From positions 1 through 64,000 of the forward strand of contig JAZDCZ010000239.1 in the NCBI GenBank assembly GCA_036679605.1: 64,000 nucleotides of DNA, read 5' to 3'. Origin of the DNA: Gemmatimonadota bacterium. Its GTDB lineage: Bacteria; Gemmatimonadota; Gemmatimonadetes; Gemmatimonadales; GWC2-71-9. The notes beneath the pieces are model-generated. The model worked only from the letters and a program-made list of their open reading frames with translations. It was not told the DNA's origin and ran no database searches. Made by a program: the position numbers and the translations under genes. Below, piece after piece: positions 37,796-47,190 of this stretch. Position 1 is the first letter of the stretch. Every line of letters begins with the position of its first letter.

Positions 37796-39562
37796 CTACT
37801 TGCTCGCCGGCGCAGCCGCCGGGTCACGATCGCTGTCAAGTTTCTTGAACTGTGGCAGATAGTCCTCCTCAACTAGTGGTGAACTAAATTCATATGGCCC
37901 ACGATACACGTTCGGCATTTCTTTCCAATTGCCATGCGGAGGCGGAGAAGGCGTGGACCACTCCAACCCGTTGTCTTCCCAAGGATTGTCTCCAGCTTTC
38001 TGGCCGCGGAACCAGCTCACGATGAAGTTCAGCGCGAAGATCGCTTGAACCGCTAACAAGAGAAACGCGCTAACCGATATGAATCTGTTGATCGGCATCA
38101 GTGGTTGGAGAAATTCGTACTGTGTCGGGTCGTAGATCCGACGCATGTGCCCGCCGACTCCCAGATTGTGCATCGGGAAAAACGTAAAGTTGTAAAAGAT
38201 GAACGTTAGCACGAAGTGAACTCTTCCCCAAAAAACGTTCATCAACCGACCGAACATCTTCGGGTACCAGAACGTGATCGCCCCAAAAATCGCGAACAAG
38301 CTTCCACCGAATAGCACGTAGTGGATGTGCGCAACAATGAAGTACGTGTCGTGGATGTATATGTCCAACGCGTTCGAAGCCATGAACACGCCACTGAGGC
38401 CGCCAATCACGAACATCGCCACGAAAGCCAAGGAGTGGAGCATCGGGACGTGGAAACGGATGTTCCCCCGCCACAGTGTACCTAACCAGTTGAACACCTT
38501 GATGGCTGAGGGCACGGCGATCAGCATCGTCGATATCATGAACGTGGTCCCGAGTGTGGGGTTCATCCCGCTCTGAAACATGTGGTGGCCCCAGACGACC
38601 CACCCAAGGAATCCGATCGCTATTATGGCAAACACCATGGAGTGATATCCGAAGATCGGCTTCCTGGACCCGTTCGCGATTATCTCTGACACAAACCCCA
38701 TTGCCGGGAGGATGAGGATGTAAACTTCGGGATGACCGAAGTACCAAAACAGATGTTGCCAAAGCAGCGGCTGTCCACCATCCAGTGGGTCGAAGAAGTG
38801 AGTCCCGATCGTTTGGTCGAACAGCAGCATTATCGCCGCCCCCGACAAGATCGGTATCGCCAGTAGAACCAAGATCGACGTAATGAACAGCGCCCAGATC
38901 GACAGCGGCAAGCGAAACCACGTCATACCAGGAGCCCGCATGTTTACCACCGTGGTGATGTAGTTGGTGGCGCCTAAAATGGACGATAGGCCCACGACCG
39001 CGAGACCTATGAGCCACAGCTGTTGGCCCATGCTAACACCGGTGTATTCGGGGTTCGCGGAAAGAGGGGCGTAGGCGGTCCACCCAGCACCCGCGTGTCC
39101 GCCTTCCACGAAAAACCCTGCCAGCATGATGATGGCGGCCGGGACTGCCAACCAATACGAGGCCATGTTGAGACGGGGGAACGCCATGTCCTCCGCCCCG
39201 ATCTTAAGGGGTATCAGATAGTTACCGAAAACACCCACCAAGAGCGGCATGATGGCGAAGAACACCATCAAGGTTCCGTGCATTGTGACTAGAGAATTGT
39301 AGAACTCGGGCAGCAGGAACCCGCCTGACACCATCGTTTCCGGCAGCAGCGAGCCACCAGGCATCGCCGTATCCGGAAAACCTAGCTGCCATCGGATCAT
39401 CATCGCGAGTACGCCGGCAAACAGCAGGAAGACAAGGCTCATCAACATGAATTGAATGCCGATGATCTTATGATCGGTTGAGAATATGTATTTTCGAATG
39501 AACGAAAGTTCGTGGGCCTCGGCGTGGGTTCCGTGCTCGAGGGGAAGCGCAGTTGTCGCCAT
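37796..39562 (-). CDS. ctaD: Heme-copper oxidase subunit I, A1 type (second operon)
   Basis: TDHKIIG, TMHG, DMAFPRLN, GHPEVY, WGHH, PSAIK, HIHYV, MRR; ATG 39562 has an RBS (GAGGA). Confidence 0.97.
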   Translation of the reverse strand: MATTALPLEHGTHAEAHELSFIRKYIFSTDHKIIGIQFMLMSLVFLLFAGVLAMMIRWQLGFPDTAMPGGSLLPETMVSGGFLLPEFYNSLVTMHGTLMVFFAIMPLLVGVFGNYLIPLKIGAEDMAFPRLNMASYWLAVPAAIIMLAGFFVEGGHAGAGWTAYAPLSANPEYTGVSMGQQLWLIGLAVVGLSSILGATNYITTVVNMRAPGMTWFRLPLSIWALFITSILVLLAIPILSGAAIMLLFDQTIGTHFFDPLDGGQPLLWQHLFWYFGHPEVYILILPAMGFVSEIIANGSRKPIFGYHSMVFAIIAIGFLGWVVWGHHMFQSGMNPTLGTTFMISTMLIAVPSAIKVFNWLGTLWRGNIRFHVPMLHSLAFVAMFVIGGLSGVFMASNALDIYIHDTYFIVAHIHYVLFGGSLFAIFGAITFWYPKMFGRLMNVFWGRVHFVLTFIFYNFTFFPMHNLGVGGHMRRIYDPTQYEFLQPLMPINRFISVSAFLLLAVQAIFALNFIVSWFRGQKAGDNPWEDNGLEWSTPSPPPHGNWKEMPNVYRGPYEFSSPLVEEDYLPQFKKLDSDRDPAAAPASK

Positions 39563-39572
39563 TAGTCGTCCT

Positions 39573-40247
39573 CTATCGTGAAGCAGCGGTAGTCGATCGA
39601 TCAATCAACCACTGTTGGTAGTCCTCCGCAGTGTGTACCGTAACACTCCCACCCATTGTTGTATGGCCTATGCCACAAAGTTCAGCACAAGCGAGTTCGA
39701 ACTCTCCAACCTCCGTGGCTTCGAACCAGACATTGATCGTCATTCCCGGCACGGCGTCCTGCTTTATCCGAAACGCGGGAATAAAGAACGAATGGATGAC
39801 GTCTTCGGCTCTCAGTCGCATCACTACCGGCTGATGCACAGGTATGTGGAGCTGGTTACGCAATACGAAATCGTCGCCGGTATCCAACACGCCATCGGAG
39901 CCGGCATAGGTCACGTTCCATTCGAACTGCTTTGCATCAACTCCGTACGGCACTGCGTTGGGCGGCACGCTGTCTCGGCCCTTGATCCTGTCCCATACGC
40001 CGGCGCTCATCAGTCCGATTATCACCACCGTAACAGCCGGTACCGCGGTCCAGATGACCTCCGCTTTGACACTACCGTGCGTGTAGTAGGCCTTTCTCCC
40101 GGGCCGGCTCCGGTACTTGATGAGGAACCAAATGAGGCCAACTTCCACAACCACAAAGGCGATGCCCGTAATAATCAGAATCAGGTAGTAGAGAAAATCG
40201 ATTTCACCTGAAAATGTCGAGGCGCCTGGGGGAAGGAGCCAGCTCAT
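39573..40247 (-). CDS. ctaC: Cytochrome c oxidase subunit II (CuA, no fused heme c)
   Basis: EVIWTAVP, QFEW, DVIHSFF, CAELCGIGHTTM. Confidence 0.95.
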   Translation of the reverse strand: MSWLLPPGASTFSGEIDFLYYLILIITGIAFVVVEVGLIWFLIKYRSRPGRKAYYTHGSVKAEVIWTAVPAVTVVIIGLMSAGVWDRIKGRDSVPPNAVPYGVDAKQFEWNVTYAGSDGVLDTGDDFVLRNQLHIPVHQPVVMRLRAEDVIHSFFIPAFRIKQDAVPGMTINVWFEATEVGEFELACAELCGIGHTTMGGSVTVHTAEDYQQWLIDRSTTAASR

Positions 40248-40250
40248 ATT

Positions 40251-40988
40251 TCAACCTCCAAAGGTGAATTCGATCGTACCGGTGCCGTCCTCCGCTATCG
40301 TTACTTCGCCGCTCTGCGTGCCCAGCGTTTCGTGCCAAGCCTCTAGCTGATAGGTCCCTGCCGGCAAGCCCGTGATCGTAAACGTGCCATCATCAGATGA
40401 GGTCGCAAAGTACGGGTGCTCCACCACGCCGACGAACGCGTGCATCCAGCCGTGCACGTTGCACTCCATCGGCACCATGATCTCGGGAGTTTTAAACGTT
40501 CGCGTCGTAGTCATCCCGGCTCTGGGTTGGCTGATGTTGAAACCCCGATTCTCGGTTGGAATGGCCTTGATGTTGTGGAGCAGGGGGTCGCTGTTGCCGA
40601 TCTCCAGGTCCTGGCCGACCATCACGCCGAGTACGCGAGGACTATAAAGACAGCCGTCCTGATTGATCTTTGCTGCAGAGTTCGGCATCGGATACGGCCC
40701 GCTCGGAAGTCCACCCACGATACGGATAAACACGTTGGCCAGCTTTCCGTTCGCTACGCTGACCATCGGATCTGTGGGAGTTCCGCTGTGTTTCGCCACA
40801 CATTCCGGCTCCTCAGCCATGTCGATCGCCGGATTCGAGGGAACGGCACCCGAGAAACTCACCACACCGCTAATTGAGGCACTGCCTAGCGGCGCTACCG
40901 CAGCAGCCTGATCACCCCCCGATGAACCCCCTTCACCGCCACCACAAGCCAGACCTAGTAACCCCGAAAGCACTAGAAGACGTCTCAT
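40251..40988 (-). CDS. Cupredoxin-like plus carboxypeptidase-regulatory-like lipoprotein
   Basis: Lipobox GLAC; YSPRV, NSDPLLHNI, CNVHGWM, GTYQLEAWH; ATG 40988 preceded by GGAG. Confidence 0.85.
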   Translation of the reverse strand: MRRLLVLSGLLGLACGGGEGGSSGGDQAAAVAPLGSASISGVVSFSGAVPSNPAIDMAEEPECVAKHSGTPTDPMVSVANGKLANVFIRIVGGLPSGPYPMPNSAAKINQDGCLYSPRVLGVMVGQDLEIGNSDPLLHNIKAIPTENRGFNISQPRAGMTTTRTFKTPEIMVPMECNVHGWMHAFVGVVEHPYFATSSDDGTFTITGLPAGTYQLEAWHETLGTQSGEVTIAEDGTGTIEFTFGG

Positions 40989-41010
40989 CAATTTCTCCAT
41001 TTTGGAAACG

Positions 41011-42591
41011 TTATGCTCTTGTTTCGCGCTTCTGCGCCCGTAAGACAACTACAATTCCAAGCCCAGCGGTCAAGAGCGTTGCAACCACTGGGGCGACAAA
41101 AACCATCGTTGGTGTTGGGACATCAAGATATAGAGAAGCCCATGCGCTCACTGATCCCCGATTGCCAATCTCGCCATTGCTGCCATCGGCTGCGAAGAAA
41201 GCAATCGGTAATAGCGTGCCCGGAATGAATGCGGGTGCACGTGTTGAGTCAACCGGCACCAGGCTTCGGCTAATCTGGATCTGCCACCGACCAGCCTCGA
41301 ACCTCGCCCGGTGAGCTAGTTGCCCATCACCGTACGCAGCAAATGTTCCGAGCCCGACGGACTTACCTTCGGAGACTTGATCCGGCGAACTTTCCCAATC
41401 CCACTCGTAAACTGGGCGTTTGGAGTCCCCACCAAGGAAATACGGCAGTTCCGTACCCTCCGGCGGAGTTAGCGGGAACTGAACGTGAACTCGGTCCGGA
41501 CCTTGGTCGGCGGCTGCCGGCCCATCAACGTCAGTCATCGTCTGAGCTAACAGTTGGGAGTATTCTTCCCACTCCGGATCCGGGCTGCTAGAGGGATCAT
41601 TCCAGCTGAGCTTGAGAGCGAGCGTCGTACCGTCGTGCGCAGCTTGAACCCACACTCCGTCCACCGCTGGGGCGAACCATCTCGGCTTCTGAATGATCTG
41701 CCCTACCAGTGGGATCCAAAACTTCTCTAAGTTGTCCCAGGCTGTGTCTGCCGGACCTTCCGGTAGCGTCCCCTCTATAAGCGCCGCCCGAATAACGTCA
41801 CTCGGTTGGGGTGCCTCCTTGGGCGAAAGACTCCTCACGTATTGGGCAACCCGCCAGAGTTGCTCCTCGCTTATGATCCCCGCATCGATGACGTCACTGT
41901 TCGACGGCATGGGAGTACCGTCCAAACCAGTACGCATCCTCATAAAGATATCCTCGACCGAGCCACCGCCGTTGAACTTCCAGTTCTCGGTGAGATCAGC
42001 TGGCCGTATGGGAAAACCAGCATCATCCGTCATGGTTGGAGCGGAAGTGCCGTCGCCTCTCCCAGCATCTCCATGACACTTGAGGCATTGTACCTCCTCC
42101 ACATAGAGCCGCCGGCCCTCCGCCAGCCCTTCTTCAGTGACACGGGGCGGCTTCCCAATCTCAATCGGCTCGGGAACCTCGTCTTCGAAAAAGTCCGAGA
42201 AGGTCTTCAGGTACCCGATCACATCTTCGCGTTCGCTATTGCTCAATTTCGATCGCCAGCCGGGCATCGTGGTTCCAGGCATTCCGTTATCGATGACGCG
42301 CCTCATGTCATCATCGGTCGGAAGCCCGCCACTCGCGGTAGTGCGGATCTGGTAAATGGCAAACGTGAAGTCGCGCGGCCGAGGTAACATGAATGCGGCT
42401 GCCTCACCGTCGCCGGCACCACTCTCACCGTGACAGCCCACGCACCATTTATTGTAAATCACTTTGCCACGATCGGCGTCTTGGGCTAGGAGATAACTGG
42501 GCGCGCACAGCAGGACACCAGACACAAGAGCCAGCCGCGCAAGTCGCCGACCAATTTCCCGTTTCCCGTTCGCCGTTCCCCGCCTATTCAT
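41011..42591 (-). CDS. Diheme cytochrome c fused to an EbdC/DOMON-like domain, C-terminal TM anchor
   Basis: CVGCH, CLKCH, PRPRDFT, MPGTTMP, DGTPMP; DOMON-like LSWNDPS, DRVHVQFP, IAFFAADG. Confidence 0.9.
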   Translation of the reverse strand: MNRRGTANGKREIGRRLARLALVSGVLLCAPSYLLAQDADRGKVIYNKWCVGCHGESGAGDGEAAAFMLPRPRDFTFAIYQIRTTASGGLPTDDDMRRVIDNGMPGTTMPGWRSKLSNSEREDVIGYLKTFSDFFEDEVPEPIEIGKPPRVTEEGLAEGRRLYVEEVQCLKCHGDAGRGDGTSAPTMTDDAGFPIRPADLTENWKFNGGGSVEDIFMRMRTGLDGTPMPSNSDVIDAGIISEEQLWRVAQYVRSLSPKEAPQPSDVIRAALIEGTLPEGPADTAWDNLEKFWIPLVGQIIQKPRWFAPAVDGVWVQAAHDGTTLALKLSWNDPSSSPDPEWEEYSQLLAQTMTDVDGPAAADQGPDRVHVQFPLTPPEGTELPYFLGGDSKRPVYEWDWESSPDQVSEGKSVGLGTFAAYGDGQLAHRARFEAGRWQIQISRSLVPVDSTRAPAFIPGTLLPIAFFAADGSNGEIGNRGSVSAWASLYLDVPTPTMVFVAPVVATLLTAGLGIVVVLRAQKRETRA

Positions 42592-43381
42592 TCTCCCCTC
42601 CCTCCGACTCAGCCGAGCCCGATTCCTCCCATGCCCGCGGCTGTGTACCCGACTGCTCGTACATGAAGATGATCACCGACCAAATTTCATCCTCTGTTAG
42701 AAAATCTTCCCAAACCGGCATTGCCGAATTCCATGGAGTACCTTCGCGCGGCAGCCCGGGACCGCCCTTGGCAATGCGCCAGAACACAAAGCTCTCCTGC
42801 AGTTGGGCAATGGTCCCCAAATCGAACCCAAGTGGTTGTGGGTTGAATCCATGGGCATAATGCCCCAAGCCATCCAACAGATCGCCATGGCACGGAAGGC
42901 AATTCTGATAATAGACACGACGTCCCTTCTCGTAGTGTTCCTCGAGCGACCCCTGATGGCGCAGAGGATTCTCCAGGCCAGTAATGTCCATGGACCTACC
43001 CTTAAACGTGATCTTGGCCGGAGGGGCGGGGTGAATCGAGCGTAACTGAGCGCCGCCGCCCACCGTCGGTCTTGCCTGGTCAAACGCGACGAAACCAATA
43101 GATAAGGGAACTACCACAAGAAGCGTCGCGCGTAGCCACCGTTTGTCGGGATCGACAAGTGTAGCGTGCATTGGTGCTTTGAACAGCCGCCAGCGCTCTT
43201 CGTTATCACTCACATAAAGCAGAATGCCAACCACCGCAACGAACATGTACTGCGCAATCACGCTACTGGGCACAGGGGCACTTGCCCATCCAAGAAGCGG
43301 AGGGATGTAGGGAATCCCAAACTTGAATAGCAGATAGGAGCCTACAAGCAGCATGACCGCTTGTGTAAATGGATGACGCAT
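42584..43381 (-). CDS. Membrane-bound monoheme cytochrome c
   Basis: 3 N-terminal TM; LRSIHPAPP; CLPCH; FWRIAKGGPGLP...SAMP. Confidence 0.9.
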   Translation of the reverse strand: MRHPFTQAVMLLVGSYLLFKFGIPYIPPLLGWASAPVPSSVIAQYMFVAVVGILLYVSDNEERWRLFKAPMHATLVDPDKRWLRATLLVVVPLSIGFVAFDQARPTVGGGAQLRSIHPAPPAKITFKGRSMDITGLENPLRHQGSLEEHYEKGRRVYYQNCLPCHGDLLDGLGHYAHGFNPQPLGFDLGTIAQLQESFVFWRIAKGGPGLPREGTPWNSAMPVWEDFLTEDEIWSVIIFMYEQSGTQPRAWEESGSAESEGGENE

Positions 43382-44172
43382 TATTTGCGACCAGCCAGAA
43401 ATTGAACCAAGATTTCCAATTGCGTCGCGGAGAGTTTCTCGCCGAAGTTCTTGAGCATCATGCCGGCGAACTGGTCGAACCCTTCCGCTACCTCTGCATC
43501 GGGATCCAGAATACCCCGTCTAATACGTTCCACGGAGATCCGGCCTCCCATTCCATCGAACGACGGTCCAATCGGCGGTCCAGCACCGTCGATCGCATGG
43601 CAACCGATACAGCCATTCTCGGTCAGTAGTTGCCGCGGGTCGGTCGTACTGCTGAATGCGGTCGTGGCCGCAGGTTGTACGTCTTCGGCTCCACCTTCTG
43701 TCGTGGCTGGTAGGTCGTCTGCAGTCACCGTGATCTCACCACCCTGGGACTGCAAGAACGCGACGACTGCCCAGACTTGATCAATCGGAAGCTGTTTCCG
43801 CATGTCCGGCATGATGTTCTGGAATCCCGCAACGACATATGCACCGGGCTCCGTGAGGGCCTCGTAGAGATATGCCTTGCAGTCCTTCCCTTGCTCGCGG
43901 CTGTCGCAGCGGGTCCCAATCGGGCCCTGTCCTGCGTGGCTAGTAAGCAGATTTGGCGCTCGTTCACCGAGCCCGTGACAAGCAGTACACCCTCCTGCAC
44001 CGTTGAACACCCCTTCGCCGGCTGACGCCAACGCTTCCGGTGTCACGTCGCCACTGAGATCCAGGTCCTGCGGGACATCGGACTCGAGCTGGGGAATGAT
44101 GTGGGCCAGGCCAGTGTAAAAGCCGATCACCGCCAACGCCACCGTGATTACCTTGAGATTTGTACGCCACAT
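43381..44172 (-). CDS. Membrane-anchored diheme cytochrome c
   Basis: N-terminal TM; CTACH...NIMP; CIGCH...GMM. Confidence 0.92.
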   Translation of the reverse strand: MWRTNLKVITVALAVIGFYTGLAHIIPQLESDVPQDLDLSGDVTPEALASAGEGVFNGAGGCTACHGLGERAPNLLTSHAGQGPIGTRCDSREQGKDCKAYLYEALTEPGAYVVAGFQNIMPDMRKQLPIDQVWAVVAFLQSQGGEITVTADDLPATTEGGAEDVQPAATTAFSSTTDPRQLLTENGCIGCHAIDGAGPPIGPSFDGMGGRISVERIRRGILDPDAEVAEGFDQFAGMMLKNFGEKLSATQLEILVQFLAGRK

Positions 44173-44177
44173 GTCTG

Positions 44178-45875
44178 CTACACTTCGGCCTCGGGTTGGA
44201 GTTTTGCGCCACCTCGCTCTGCCAATCCACCGAGCCAGAAGATGAAAGCGACCATACTCAAGAAGATGATAACGCAGATGCTTATCATGTTTGCGGCGTA
44301 TCCCAGCCCCGGGGTAGCAGCAGCCTCACTGGTGTCGCGTATGACCCCCCAAACGTGCCAGTGTTGCCGTATGCCGCTCCTTGCGAACCCCATCAGGCCC
44401 ATGAGCCACGTGAAGGTGACGGCCAGTACAAAGAGTGCGTACTGCGATCGGTCCGGCATCTCTCCCCACCGAATCTCACCTCTGGAGTCTGCTCCTCTCA
44501 GGAGCAGAATGTCGATGACTGTCACACCGACAATGCAGGCTAGCACGGCAATCACTTGATAGACGCTGAAACCGATTCGTACGATGGCCTCCACAAAGTA
44601 TCCGTAGATACCCAATGCCAGGACGACAGTCGAAGACAGTACAAACATCCCGGCCTCTACCATGGTGCCGGCTGCAGCCCAATGAACTGTCGGCCGCTTG
44701 TTGGCCCTTCGATACATCAGGAACGACAGGAACGTCGTCAGAATCATGAAATTGACGGCTGTATTCTTAGCGCTCATGACACCGAGCACTCCCAAGAACG
44801 GATGTTGTGACCCCCCCATCGCCGCGAACTCTTGACGGCTGGCAATAATCGTGTGAGGCGTTCCCCACACGATCCAACAGACAATGAGCACCAGCAGCAT
44901 CCATTTAGTGTAGGGTTGAAACCGCTCAGCCCCAGGAATGCGCCCCATCCCGGTCCACAAATAGTAGTTGGCGGCAAGGAACAGAACGCCGATTAGAATT
45001 GCCTGCACGATCCACAACCAACTCATGAACCCGCCCATCATGGTGATACCCATCTGCTGGTCGTACTCGTAGATTTCTCTTCCCAAGTAATAGCCCGCAA
45101 AGGGCAGCACTATGAACGTCGATATGGCTATGAAGTTTCCGACGTAGCCCATCCAGTCATAGTGCGCCCGTTCCTCATCTGTCTTGGCCGCAAGAAAGCG
45201 GTAAGCGGCGTAGCCGGCTACGACCGACCCTCCGAACACCGCGTTCGCGATCATGCGGTGAATGTTGATCGGCATCCAGGTAGCGTTCGCAAGAGCGTTC
45301 CACAACCCTACCTCAGCGGGCAACGTCTCGGCGGTTATCCCCTCGGGTGGCGACATCATGTAGGTAAGCCAACCGTTTGCGATAAACATCACCGCTGTAC
45401 CCCAAGCGTTCAGCAGCAGCCCGAGGCCCCAGTGCCACCACTTCGCCCTGCCCTGGTTCCACCTGTCCCACCCATAGTAGTACAGGTAAAGTGTGAATGA
45501 CTCCAGGAAAAAAATCCCCACGTAGATCCACATGGACAACCCAAACAGCTGGGCCATGTGGGTCCAAAACCGTGGATAAAGGGTGGTCAGGAAGAAGACT
45601 AACGTTGCGCCCCAAAGCGCCGTCGCGCTGTACGCAAACACTAGAAGGCGAGTAAACTCCTTGGAAAGCTTATCGTATTTAGAATCCTTCGCAACAATGC
45701 CGATGAGTTCGGTGATTACCGCAAACATCGGCACTCCGAGCACGAAAGCGGCGAACATCAAGTGAACTTCCGCCGCAATCCAGACAGCGCCGCGAGCACC
45801 TATGATCGGAAAACTTCCATAGGCACCAGTCGTGTCGGCGACAGCCTGGATAGTGGCGAGCATACTAATTGTCAC
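44178..45875 (-). CDS. Cytochrome bd-like oxidoreductase subunit I (non-canonical CydA homologue)
   Basis: VHLMFAAFVLGVP, FFLES..LYLY, ANGWLTYMMSP, NIHR, MGFARSGIRQHWHV; no Q-loop; no cydB in the window. Confidence 0.88.
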   Translation of the reverse strand: MTISMLATIQAVADTTGAYGSFPIIGARGAVWIAAEVHLMFAAFVLGVPMFAVITELIGIVAKDSKYDKLSKEFTRLLVFAYSATALWGATLVFFLTTLYPRFWTHMAQLFGLSMWIYVGIFFLESFTLYLYYYGWDRWNQGRAKWWHWGLGLLLNAWGTAVMFIANGWLTYMMSPPEGITAETLPAEVGLWNALANATWMPINIHRMIANAVFGGSVVAGYAAYRFLAAKTDEERAHYDWMGYVGNFIAISTFIVLPFAGYYLGREIYEYDQQMGITMMGGFMSWLWIVQAILIGVLFLAANYYLWTGMGRIPGAERFQPYTKWMLLVLIVCWIVWGTPHTIIASRQEFAAMGGSQHPFLGVLGVMSAKNTAVNFMILTTFLSFLMYRRANKRPTVHWAAAGTMVEAGMFVLSSTVVLALGIYGYFVEAIVRIGFSVYQVIAVLACIVGVTVIDILLLRGADSRGEIRWGEMPDRSQYALFVLAVTFTWLMGLMGFARSGIRQHWHVWGVIRDTSEAAATPGLGYAANMISICVIIFLSMVAFIFWLGGLAERGGAKLQPEAEV

Positions 45876-47190
45876 GAGTGAAGAAAGGCATCTTCTTCGA
45901 GAAATCCACCGGCATGTTGCGCCGCACCTCCTTCATCAAGTCTGCAGTTACCACAGCGCTCCCTTGGCGCTTCGCGTAAGCCTCGATACGCTCCATCACA
46001 ACACCACGAACAAACGAAGGTATGGCCTTGATTCTGGCTTCAGCTTCAGGAGTCCAGGGCAGCGACGATTCGACTTGCGCCCCGTAGGTAACAGATTGAG
46101 TAGGTTCTATCACTGCTAGATCACCTGTCGGCTCATAGTCGCAGGACGGATCGGCCGCCATATAGTCCCCTTCCGTGGCATAGGCACGTGCTCGGCACCC
46201 ACCACACAGCATCCGATACTCGCAAGTCCCACACTTCCCACCTAACACCCCGGCACGGAGCCTTTGAAACAGTTTGGACGAGTTCCAAACGTCGGCGAAC
46301 GACTCACGCTTGAGATCACCTGCCGGCACGGGTAGGTAAGGGCACGCCGTCAACACTCCGTCTGGTGTCACACGACAGTACTGCGTGCCGCAAGGACAGC
46401 GCGTTGCGTAGTTGCGAAGCGGAGAATTGGGCGCCCTCTCATATACCAATCGCATAAAGTGTGGTGCACACTTGGCACGTACCATCATCCGTCCCAAATA
46501 CTGAACGTGCAGGTCGACGAGATTTGAAAGGGCCTCGTTATAGTCAGAGGCCGATAAATCACTCATGCGCGTTCCACGTCCTGTGGAAACCAAGAAGTAT
46601 GCATTGAACGAGACAGCGCCCTTCTCAGCCGCCCAAGCAACGAGGCTTTCAGTCTCGTGACGATTTCCCTTGGTGATAGTCGTTTGGATAATGAAATCGA
46701 GTTCATGTGTTGCCAGACGGTCCACCGCTCCGAGTGTCTCCTGCAGCGAGCCGTGGCCATGGCGGAACCGATCGTGGTAAGTCGCGTCCAGTGAATCGAC
46801 GCTTACGGCCACACCAGTAACACCAGCGTCCTTGAGTCGGCGGATTCTATCATTTGTGAGCAGAGTGCCGTTGGTGCCTACCACCACGGTGGCTCCGCGC
46901 TTCACTGCATGGGACGCGATCTCCTCGAGATCATCTCGCAGCAGTGGCTCCCCACCGGAAAGAATGAACAGTGGCGCGGCATTCAATTCGAGAATTTGGT
47001 CTGCGATCCGGAGACAGTCGCTCGTGTCGAGTTCCCCTTGGGCAGTCTCGGTGGGGCCGGCTGAGATGTAGCAATGCGCACATTTGAGGTTGCAGCGGCG
47101 TGTGAGATTCCAGGCAACTACATGCGGCGTGAAGTCACCACGTGCATCGGGAGACACCGAAGCTTCACCCGGAAAAGCCAAAGATGTCAC
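45865..47190 (-). CDS. Radical SAM/SPASM enzyme (NirJ/AhbC/AhbD-like) with a C-terminal PCP_red domain
   Basis: WNLTRRCNLKCAHCY, SGGEPL, CPCG...TACPY, GKCGTCEY..LCGGCRARAY...DPSC; WTPEAEARIKAIPSFVR. Confidence 0.92.
   Translation of the reverse strand: MTSLAFPGEASVSPDARGDFTPHVVAWNLTRRCNLKCAHCYISAGPTETAQGELDTSDCLRIADQILELNAAPLFILSGGEPLLRDDLEEIASHAVKRGATVVVGTNGTLLTNDRIRRLKDAGVTGVAVSVDSLDATYHDRFRHGHGSLQETLGAVDRLATHELDFIIQTTITKGNRHETESLVAWAAEKGAVSFNAYFLVSTGRGTRMSDLSASDYNEALSNLVDLHVQYLGRMMVRAKCAPHFMRLVYERAPNSPLRNYATRCPCGTQYCRVTPDGVLTACPYLPVPAGDLKRESFADVWNSSKLFQRLRAGVLGGKCGTCEYRMLCGGCRARAYATEGDYMAADPSCDYEPTGDLAVIEPTQSVTYGAQVESSLPWTPEAEARIKAIPSFVRGVVMERIEAYAKRQGSAVVTADLMKEVRRNMPVDFSKKMPFFTRDN

Noticed and set aside
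8709..39017. Long alternative-frame or antisense ORFs (8709-9512, 22058-22873, 23158-24078, 38070-39017 and similar)
   Set aside because: They lie on well-supported genes, are Arg/Pro/Gly-rich with no motifs, and are expected shadows in GC-rich DNA.
41011..45875. Nitrite oxidoreductase or other molybdoenzyme complex
   Set aside because: No molybdopterin catalytic subunit or four-cluster beta subunit is present in the window.
44178..45875. Canonical cydA of a quinol oxidase
   Set aside because: No Q-loop, an altered GRQPW motif, and no cydB, cydX or cydDC; gene symbol withheld.
45865..47190. RiPP maturase (PqqE/MftC-like SPASM enzyme)
   Set aside because: No precursor peptide, PqqD/RRE domain or peptidase nearby; the context is heme and respiration. 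Not fully excluded without phylogeny.
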